A DNA stretch of 64,000 nucleotides from contig MU058844.1 in the NCBI GenBank assembly GCA_013265495.1, forward strand, positions 13,662,184 to 13,726,183. Direction: 5' to 3'. A program made the translations under genes and the position numbers. This DNA is from Vicugna vicugna (lineage: Eukaryota). Shown in pieces: positions 53,869-64,000 of this stretch (positions are counted from its first letter, which is position 1; each line of letters opens with the position of its first letter). The notes beneath the pieces are model-generated. The model was not told where the DNA came from and did no database searches. It saw only the letters and a program-made list of their open reading frames with translations.

Positions 53869-54406
53869 TTTTTCGTTTGTTTGTTTTTTGTTTTGTTTTT
53901 TGAGTTTCGTGGTTTTATTAACACAAATACAATGTGCACGAGCTGTCTATTCATTTTCTTCGCTGCGCAGCCGGGCGTTGGGACTGGTGACTCTGATGGC
54001 CAGCTGGGCTGCTCTTTCCACAATGGCTTTGCGGTTCTTGGAGGAGACGTTGTGAGCAATCTCAGCACAGTAGAATTTGTTGCACGTCAGCAGTACTTCA
54101 AGCTCCTTGACGTTGTGGACGAGGAACTTGTGCAAGCCGCTGGGCAGCATGTGCTTTGTCTTCTTGTTGCTCCCATAGCTGATGCTGGGCATCAGGATCT
54201 GGCCCTTGAACCTCCTGCACACCCTGTGGTCAGTGCGCCTTGGTTTCCACCAGTTCCGCTTAATTTTGACATATCGGTCTGACTGGTGCCTGATGAACTT
54301 CTTGGTCCTCTTTTTGATGATCTCGGGCTTCACGAAGGGTCTGAGGGCGGCCATGATGCTGACTAGGAGATGGCTGCCACCTCCGTAGGTAGCGCCGAGG
54401 AAGAGC
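53869..54406 (-). pseudogene. RPL32: RPL32 processed retrocopy (intact 135-aa ORF 53947-54354)
   Basis: Intronless; 5'UTR starting ctcttcctcgg; AATAAA at 53914-53919; degenerate poly(A) 53869-53901; 16-bp TSD ttg(c/t)tcttttcctttg at 53853-53868 and 54407-54422. Confidence 0.93.
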
Positions 54407-56194
54407 TTGTTCTTTTCCTTTGAATAAAAATGATTTTTTAGCTATTTTTCCATACACATAATAGATTTTGTGGGTAAGGATGTAGAGAGTTAAAGAGAAA
54501 ACCTTTTTTTTCTTCCTGATGAAGTATAAAGTAGGAGATTTTGACGTCTGCTAAGAATAAAAGAAGCGCCTGAGTGAAGATGAGGTGCAAGTTCTGAGTG
54601 GATATTGAGGGGAAGGGTAGAAGGAACTGATCAAGGACAAGTGTGAAGTGGATGCTGAGGTCCTACCCAAAGCTGAAAACCGTGAATTTATAGTACCGTG
54701 AAATCAAAGAATTAGGGGATTTTTTAAATCCTGTATTCTCAACTATCAAACTAGAAACAAAGAAGGTTAACTGTCACTGCTCTAGGATTTAGGTTTCGCA
54801 GGTTGCTGATGACACTAAACTTCAGAAGCACAACCTTGAAGACCAAGCTCAGCAAGGAAGGAAGGTAACCTAGGATGGGACTGATTCACCAAAGGAAAGG
54901 GGAAATCCAGGGACTGGAGGGTTTGCAGATCTGGTGGGAAGGACTGTATGAGGGAAATGAAAAAACTCAAATTTGTTTACAAAGGATGGAATGTGGAACT
55001 TTGAGATTTCTGAATGAACTATTAAAAGGATGTCCTTTGAAGGAGGGCTGTAGTGCAGAGGAGGAAGGGGTACAGTGAAAGAGGTCTAGGGAGTTTGAAG
55101 TTAGGATGTTATCTTTGTTCACATGCACACTGATACCACCTAGAATTATGGCAGAAATATGGCAGGTCTGAAAGTCTACATTTGCTGACATAAGCTTAAC
55201 AAGGATGATATAAGATAAATAGCCTTAAATGGACTTATAGGTGGATGGAAGAGTAAAGGTCAGGGGGAAGAATTAGGAAATTGAGGGAATGCCACCTCCA
55301 CTGTCTCCCAATGTGTACACTTCCCCGTGGATATGGGAAAAAGAATGTCTTTCAGTAGAGAGGCTTATGGGAGTACTAAAAGTCATAATTAATCAAGGTC
55401 TGTCTCCCTGTAGCACCAATTTCCATGCTTGGTAAACAATTTCATACGTCTCAGATTAACACCAACTCAGATACATTTTGATGTAGGTTGCTAAACTTAA
55501 GTACATGATAATGATAAATCAGCAATGTCAAAGGAAATTTACACTTATGAAATGCTCCTTTGGGCTAGTCCTCTGGTTCCTTTCAAAGACTCTCTTTCCA
55601 CTGTCATCTGTGTGGAAAAAAACTTGAAAATTATCTAGGAGGTAAAAGGAGGAAGAGGTTCTGAAAGAAAAGAAGACAGAAAGCAGTTCATTATCCAAAG
55701 ATAGGAGTCTTGCAAGGCAATAGGTAAAGTGGGGTTTGGAGTCGTTCAACAGAGAAAAAGGTCAGGAAAAGAAGTCTGAAAACAATAATATACAGATGCC
55801 CAGGAAAAGAAAAGAAGAAAAAGTGTGGGATGTTGCAATTCTTCAGTGACTGAAAAAACAAGAATGGAGATCATTCACAAGTGATGGCCTTCAGATATTT
55901 TCCATTCTAACTTTTGCACAAGTCATTTTTGTGTGGGGAGTACTGTACCCTGCTTGCCTTAGGGGTGTGGTTAGGACTCTATGTGAGGAGATTTTCAGCC
56001 AGTTTCAACAGTGCGGATAAATCCAGGGCTTGTTCATGGTGTCAGAAGCAGTGATGAGTCATTGTTTAGGTCCCTTCATCATAGCCCTTCATGTGTCTTT
56101 ACAATTAATTGAAATGGTGATAAGACAACTTACTTTAGCTCAGTAACTCTTTTCTGGCAGGTCAGAGACAACAGTGAAGACCCCAAAACATGAT

Positions 56195-56295
56195 TTCCTT
56201 TTTTTTTTTTTTAAATGGAGGTACCCAGGACTGAACCCAGGACCTTGGGTACATATTAAGCATGTACTCTACCACTGAGCTATATGCTCCCCCAC
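56195..56295 (-). mobile_element. tRNA-derived SINE (short Vic-1-like form)
   Basis: Poly-T then 'atggaggtacccaggactgaacccaggacc...ctaccactgagctata'. Confidence 0.85.
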
Positions 56296-58509
56296 CAATA
56301 ATTTTACTTTTTAAAGAATTTAGTTTCTCTAACACCTGTCTCTTCAAACTCTTCATGACATGTAAATATACTCAAACTGCTGAAGAACGATTTTCCCAGC
56401 AAATTTAACTTTTAAGTGCCCAAATATCAGATCTTTTGGTCTTCTGCTCACAGTGTCTTAAATCTTGGTTCTTTTGTTGAAACTATTTGCTTTTATCAAC
56501 AAGCACAGCAACACTGGTATTTTTTCCTCCAGAAAGGTTATTTCTTCCTCATGAGAGATCTCTAAACATGCATCAGGGTAAAGACATGCTTCAGAACCCT
56601 TGAAGCTCTTTTTTCCTGTTGTCAAAATGATTGTTATTTTGAAATCATGCAGCATTGTTCAGCTAGAAAGCTTTGTGAAGAAATACTTCCTTCTTCAAAT
56701 GTTATTGAATTATAGTCCCTATTTTCCCTATCAGCGAAAGTGATCACGTTACCTTCAGATAAACTAATTTCATAATTTATTAATAATTATATGGCAGTAA
56801 TTTGACCTGGTATGGCTATGAATGGTGAAATAAAATAAATGTTTTTATGAAAAATTCTGGTATCTAGAGAATTATATTTCTGAACTAGCCTGAAAGAGCT
56901 GCAGTCAGTTCCAGAAGGAACTGAAGACAAGGCAGCTGAAAAAGGTTGGGAGTTTGGAACAACTGACAAAAGGGAATTTTTCTAAACAGGCAGGCAGTGG
57001 CCTTAGGAAAGGAGACTCGCTAGAGGTACTGGGTACAGGCAGGAAATAACAGAATTGCCAAATTCAGTTTTTGAGGATATCCGGATGAGACTTAACCTGG
57101 AATTATTGAGTTTAAGTCTAGCAAAAAAGGATAGAGTTAACACCTCGGGCGGTTATCAGTGGTTTGCTAGCCTGAAGGGTTAATAGCAGAGTAATGCTAA
57201 TCCGAGGATGAATTGTTCGATTTTTACTTTGACGAGAATACTTCTCTCAGCTAGGTACTAGAAAGCATCAGCTGACATCTGTTAAACAAAATCTGAACTT
57301 ATTCGATCATTCAAGCATCAACTGATTTACTGAATTTTTAAAAAGACTTAAAACTGTTCCAGAAAATTTCACAACTGCTTTGAGAGGAAGTGGGGATTTG
57401 TGGTGGATACTTCAAGATGGTGGTACTTAGATAATTTGAGAAAGAAAATTTGTGACATCAGGACTAGGATGAAGAAAGGCAGTAGCTAAAAACAAAACAA
57501 TGGAAATCATGTTACAAATATTAGGAAGATATTGGAATGATAGATTGTTTGGATTTTTATCTGAACAGTCACAGAAAAGCACTGCACATCCTCAAATAGA
57601 AAAGTGGCACTGATTTAAGTCTTAATCCCTGACGTCACATTGGGTTGGAGAGGATTATTTGGACAACAGGATGATGGTGGTGGCCACTGCAATTTCTAAA
57701 TATCAAGAAACCTCCCCTGAGGGGCCAGTTTTGTGATTATGGAAAAGTAAAGGAGTAGGTATGAGAGACTATGGTTGCTGTTGACTGCATTTAAGCCAAG
57801 CTGTTTCCATCACTGGATTCACATAGACCCAGTCTGTGTGATGGTGATTAGGTCCACCAGACTCTATCCAGCCTAACTGAAGAGCCTTCTGGATGAAAAC
57901 TTCACCGAAGAGAAGAGGGAGTCAGTGACTCAATTTGTAGATTTCAGAACCCAAACCAGGCACTTGTCATCCTTGGGGAGGAGTGATGCTGAGTACACAT
58001 CGTTTTTGCCAGTTCAATTTGTCTCCTCTCTAGATCTATATTTTAAAGAAAAAACTAATTTTTTCAAAAAAGTTTCTAAGATGGGAACAAACAATTCTGC
58101 TGTGTAATCCTTTAGTAGAACATAACACAAAAAGTGGAGAGGAGCATTTTCCTTCAAAGAGTTGATGCTTCCAGGATTTGAGTGCCACTCTGCAGTATCA
58201 GCAGATGGTGGGCAAAGGCTGGGAACAGCGATCCTCTGATGCTACATCACTAACCGGAGGGCATGCTTGCATTTAATGAAAAAGGCTAAGGAGGGAAAGA
58301 GGGATAATGGTACATGTGGTATGTTAAAAAAAAAAAAAAAAAAGAACATGACTTGGTTTAAGTACATGCAAGATACCCGGCAGGGCCCCCAGAACTGCTT
58401 GGAGGGAAAAGGATTTTGCATAGGATTGGTCCTAAATTATGAAATAAGGTGGGGAGGGGGAGGAGCAAGAACAGGGGAAGTGATATTTTAATTGATTTGG
58501 ATTACATAA

Positions 58510-59020
58510 TGTGATAGATAGAATAATGGCTCCACAAAGATGTCCAAATCCTAATCCCCAGAACCTGTGAATGTTACATGGTGACGGGGAAATTAAGGTT
58601 GAGGTTGGAATTAAGATTGCTAATCAGCTAATCCAGGAAATTATTCTGGATTATTCAGGTGGGCTCAATCACAAGGGCCCTTGAAGGATGGAAGGAAGAA
58701 GGAAACAGAAAAAAAGAGAACCAGAGAAATGGCAGCATTAAAAAGACTCAAATTGTCATCTGCAGGCTTTGCAGATGGAAGGGGACCATAAGCCAAGGAA
58801 TGCAGCAGCCTCTGGAGGATGGAAAAGGCAAAAAAATAAATTCTCCCCTGGAACCTTCAGTAAGGTTCAGTAAGGAGTGCAGCCCCGCTGACACTGTGAT
58901 TTTAGCCCAGTGGGACCCATTTCAGACTCTTGTTCTTCAAAACTGTAAGATAATAAATTGATGTTTTAAACCATTAAGTTTGTAGTAATTTGTTACAATG
59001 GCAAGAAATTAATACAGATG
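58510..59020. mobile_element. MaLR (MLT1D-like) LTR
   Basis: 'gaataatggctccacaaagatgtccaaatcctaatccccagaacctgtgaatgttac...ggcaagaaattaataca'. Confidence 0.85.
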
Positions 59021-59689
59021 TGAATTTATGGGAATTGATGTGATCGATTGGGGAAAGGAAAAGGAAAGAGTAAAATGAATATATTAATCTTTATTTTTTT
59101 CATTTAAATGGTCAGTTGGGAAAACTGCATCCAGAGAAGCCAATCATTAATTGGCAATGGGAAATGTTCTGGGGTACAAGATAATGAGATTCAGCTGATT
59201 TATGTTGAGTTTGAGGTAGTTGAATACCATGAAAGCATAAATATCCAGGTGAAAAAATAGATTTGGATTTGGAAATTGACAATATAGAGAAGCAATGAGA
59301 AGAGAGGATTAATCTAAAGAGAATTTTAGGCAAAAAAAAAAAATGGTTGAGTTTTAGAGACTTTCAGATTTAGAGGTAGATTTAAATTGTGAAAATAAAA
59401 TCATAGAGCAATCAGAGAAGTGGAAGGGGAATCAATAAAGGCAGGAGTAAGTTCCAAGAGAGTTTAGAATATGTAATTGGAGTTTGGCAAACACCTGCTG
59501 AATGAATAAAAGAGAACTATCTTAGAAACCAGATAAAGGCTGAAACTGAAGTGGTTAAAAAGCGGCCGTGCTGATCAAGTGTGCTGAAACTGCTCCTAGA
59601 CAACATTAAAGACCTAGAAATGGACTAGTTCATTATATGTTCCCCAAAAACCCACAGATTGGATTTTATGTCCTGAAAAATGTCATCTA

Positions 59690-61300
59690 ACAGTACATGT
59701 GAGTGCTTGTTTCACTATGCCCTTGCCCATATGGGATGTTACAATTCAAGGAGGTTCTTAAGTGCATCCAACTAAATTGAGGTATATTCCTTTGTGTGTT
59801 ATCAGTCAATGTATGACAAACTCTTATTTTATATTTTTATACCCTTCAGTTCCCAGCACGATCCCCTTCCTTTATGCTTTCCCTCCTTGTGCTCAGTGTA
59901 TGTCCTGCCAATCATACCTCCCATAAATTTCTTTACTTTATCTGTGTCAATATAAAATAGACAGTATTGCTTCATGTGATGCATATATACTTATACATGT
60001 ATATGTAAATTATGTCTCACATAAATATCAGATTCATGTATAACTACATGTGTTGTATTGTATTTCTTACCTTTTTTATTCAGCTTATATAAAAATGAAT
60101 TACAAAATAAATATATTGGAATTATTCTTTTTTTAGTACCCACCTAGTTTATCTAGTCTTCTATTGATGGATATCTAGAATGCTTCCAATTTTTTACTAC
60201 TACTGTGGTTCAATGAACATTGGAGGGAAAAAGAACTTCTATTCTTATAGAGTTAGGGTAAGAATTCTTTACAAGTACATAAAAATCTATCTCATTCATT
60301 TAAAAAGCCAGTATTATTAAAAATAACTTGTTGATGGACATTTAGGTTTCCAATTTTTGTTGTCACAACAAAGAAATCATTCAACTATGTACATTTTGGT
60401 GCTTGTCTGTGAATATTTCTCTTGAATTGTTTCTTAGAAGTAGAACTGCTGAGTCAATGGAAATGTACAATTTTATTTTGATAAACTGTCAACTTGTTTT
60501 CCAGAAATGGTTTTTCCAATTTATATTCCCACTAGAAGTGTGCACAAGTATTATCCCTTGTAAACTTGCCAAGGCTGGATATTATCTCTGTAATTCTTGT
60601 CAAACCTACGAGAAACAATTCTTTTTAATTTGCATTTTTCTTATAACTAGTCATGTTGAACATCTTTTTATATATATTTATGTAGACATTTGTGACTATC
60701 CTTTGTGACTTGCCTGCTTATATCCTGACCATTATTTTTATGTTTTTTTTTAATTGACTTTAGGAACTCTGTGTGTGTATATACATATTCTGGATAGTAA
60801 TATATATAATATATACACACTATATATAATATATATATATATATATTCTGTATAGTAATCTTTGTTAGTAATAATATAGAGCAATAGTTTTCCCAGAACT
60901 TTGCCAAAATTTTAACTTTGTTCATGATTTATTATGTTTTAGGGAGGTTTTAGTTTGTATAAAATAAAATCTGTCAGTCTTTTCTTTGGCTTTGTGTTTT
61001 ACTTAGGAAATACCTCTACCAATATTAACTTGTATTTTCTTCTACAACTTTTGTAATATTGATTAACCTGGAATTTAATAGGCACACAGGTCTCTTCTGT
61101 TTTCCTCCAATATGTGAATCCAACAGTTCAAATACTAGTAATTGGATAGTCCACATTTTCATTCTTACTTGAAATGCTGTCTTCACCACAAAATAATTCG
61201 GATATATGCATAGATCTGTTCATGGATGCTCTTTGTAACATAGTTTAGCTTCTGTTATTCATGTCGTTCCTCATTACTTTCACTTTAAAAAAAGGTTACG
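59690..61300 (-). mobile_element. Old L1M(E)-like fragments
   Basis: 'gatggacatttaggtttccaattttt', 'ttaatttgcatttttcttataactagtcatgttgaacatctttt'. Confidence 0.65.
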
Positions 61301-62759
61301 TTGTTCATAGCATCCTTATTCTTTTAATGAACTTTAGAATTTGTTTTTGGCTAATTTCTTTCGTCATTGATGAAGGTGATAAACGAAGATTTATTCATTT
61401 TTTTTTTTTTATTGCTCATGATACATCTCTCCCTTTTCCAGCTCTTTTAGGTCTTTCAGTAAACTTTCAGTTTATTTTTAGTCCCCATTCTTTGGTGTTT
61501 TATGGTTTTTCATTATCATCCTTGGTTATTTGTATTTTCAAATTTTCTTATTCTTCTTCAGAAATATTTGACAACTAAGAGAAAATCTTTTAAAACTATG
61601 TATTAGGTTAAAATGTGTATAGTGCATTTCTTATAATTTATAATCTCCTCAGTGTATTATTTATTTCTGAAACGTGGGAAAGAATGTGGTTCTTGTTTCA
61701 AAGATTTGAGGAGTAAACGGGCTGTAGAAGAGGTGAGAGTGTATTGGGAAGCCGTGTCATTCCATAATTCACTGTAGCCTGTCTTAGAAAGAACTGAAGG
61801 CTACCTAATTTTGAATGGCAAGAGCCAGATAAAAGTGTGGGTTGCAGAGCAGTTGGTAAGAAGTATGACTTGATCCTAATTAAGCATACCGCCAGAACTT
61901 TTCTGGATGCCAGAGTTTATGCAGGGGAGGAAACCTGCTGTACAGTTTATTCTCATATTACACTTTTAACTAAATCAGGAAGACAGCTGAGGCTAGTTCC
62001 CAGTGAGAGCTGTCAAGCCAGTGAGAATAATTTTATGAAAAGGGTTGGGACTACTCCATAATTACAGAGAAGAAATTCTTCAGTAAAAAGGAGAAAATCC
62101 ATGCTCGGATTGCATCCAAATATAATGTCCTTGATCACTAATCTTCCAAAGTGAAATTATAATAAACCTTAGTTTTCCTCTTCTTGCTTTTATGATTTGC
62201 AGAGGGACTCATTCAATTTCTCACAGTTCATCTCAACCCCAACATTATTCAAACACAAGCTTCCCTCTCCAAGGTTAAGTAAACCAAAAAGTTGACCAAT
62301 ATATTAAAAACTGCACACTTTAAACTGAGACCAATCTGAAGAAGTAAAACAAATGCCCACTTCTAAAATAAACTAATTTATAAAAAAAAAAGTAGAGAAA
62401 CTTAAAAAAAAACTACATAAATGTATTAAAGTTCAAGAAAACTAGAGTAGGGAGTCTTTAAGATGAAAAAATATATATTTGGAGATTTAAAATATGACTG
62501 CTGGATTTTGAAAATGCAATAAAGGAAAAAAACTGTGTATTGAATTATACAGAATACTGGCAATATATTAGTATTTTTACCCTCCCAAATTAAATAGAAA
62601 AGAATGTAATGATAAGCAGAACAGATATTACCCAAAAACACAAATGACCAAATTTACATTGCCAATTCTTTTCCATGTGTATGCTGCAGCCAGGTGTCTT
62701 AAGATAATGGATCAGTGTTTCTTTATGTTAGTGATTATAGGTAAAGAGAAACTTTCCAA

Positions 62760-63980
62760 ACTGAAATGCACAGAGAGAAAGAATAGTAATAATTTTAAAA
62801 AGGCCAGAACATTTAAGACTGTGAGACAACTTCAAAAGATATAACATACACATGTCACTGGAATAGCAGGAGAAAAAGAAAACACAGCAGAAGAAATATT
62901 TAAAGTAATCTCTGAGAGCTTTTCAAAATTAATGGCAAACACCACAGATCCAGGAAGTTCATAGAATACAAAGCAGGATAAATATTAAGCATCTGCATTT
63001 GGGTATATCTTTATTCAAACTTCAGAAAATCAAGAGAAAGAGAAAATATTGAAAATATCCATGGAGGAGAGGTGGGGGAATGTTACCATAGAGCATAGAC
63101 TTATTTATACACAAAACCCCACAATGATGGAGTAGCTCTTAATGGCCAAAGCCAGAACAATTTGAACAAAAAGAAAAAATAAATATTAGATGACAACCCA
63201 AACTATGAAAGAGCCAATACAAATATAAATAAATGAATAAATAAATAAATGGGGAGAAGAGGCAAATTTTCCAAGCAGAAGAATTCCAAGTAACTTATGG
63301 AAATACTCTGCCCTCAAGGAGTCAGGACATAATTCCCCACTCAAGTGTGATCTGTCATAGTGACTTCCAAAGAATATGATATGGAAATGGGAAAAAAAAA
63401 AAGTAATTTTACAGTGGAAAAATCTGACAAAGACTACCTCGGCCAAGTAGTCAAGGTTAACATCAAGTGATAAGGATGCTGATCAGTGATACCACTGATA
63501 CGATGGGGTAAGAATCAGACTTTACCTCTGGGGTCTTTTTTCCCCCAAACCCATAACCTCAACCTAACCATTAGAAAAAAAAATCAGAAAAATTCAGATT
63601 GAAGGGCATTTTACAAAATAGCTGACCAGTACTCCTCAAAGCTGGCAAGGTCATCACTAATAAGGGAAGGCTGAGAAAATGTCACAGTCAAAATGAACCT
63701 AACTGAGCATGACCACTAAATATTGGTGATAGTCTGGATGGGATCCTGCAACAGAAAAACAGACATTAGGTTAATAACTAAGGAAATATGAATAAAGTAT
63801 AGCCTTTAGTTAATAAGGTTAATCAATATTAGTTCATTAATTGTGACCGATATAGCATAACAATGTATGACGTTATTACTGGTGGAAATGGGGTGTTGGT
63901 GCATGAACATTCTTTACTACTGTCTCAATTTTTCTGTATATCTAAAACTATTCTAAACTAAAATGTTTATTTTAAAAAAA
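62760..63980 (+). mobile_element. L1MC/MD-like fragments (ORF1 remnant plus 3' end)
   Basis: 'cagaagaaatatttaaagtaat...caaaccacagatccaggaag' ORF1-like; 3' end 'ctgtatatctaaaactattctaaa...tttattttaaaaaaa'. Confidence 0.75.
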
Positions 63981-64000
63981 CCTGTCCTGGGACAGATTTT

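Noticed and set aside
53866..54282. 138-aa plus-strand ORF
   Set aside because: Antisense shadow of the RPL32 retrocopy and its poly(A) tail.
57630..57637. Perfect CRE palindrome TGACGTCA
   Set aside because: Isolated 8-mer far from any visible promoter; could arise by chance.

Overview
Mammalian nuclear DNA, probably camelid judging by a tRNA-derived SINE family resembling Vic-1, syntenic with the GLIPR1L1-CAPS2 interval. It holds the first coding exon of GLIPR1L1 (minus strand, 5559-5735) and, head-to-head about 6 kb away, the complete calcyphosin-2 gene CAPS2 (plus strand; CpG-rich promoter at ~11.8-12.4 kb, coding exons 14026-47999). Sixteen phase-consistent GT-AG exons give 557 aa. A further homologous exon (18408-18530) has lost its in-frame acceptor. 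A full-length RPL32 retrocopy with TSDs lies at 53.9-54.4 kb, and the rest is mostly L1, L2, MIR, MaLR/ERVL LTRs, DNA transposons, SINEs and microsatellites. Most interesting observations: CAPS2 appears to carry a DM10-like domain ahead of its EF-hands and has a perfect RFX X-box in its promoter (candidate motile-cilium/sperm axonemal protein); an AG>AA acceptor loss; a decayed N-terminal extension now forming a uORF; an (AATGAC)3 expansion at an EF-hand loop; and a solo poly(A) retroinsertion with a perfect 14-bp TSD. No prokaryote-type system is present. Ortholog comparisons and repeat family names are from recall, not database searches; repeat boundaries are approximate.
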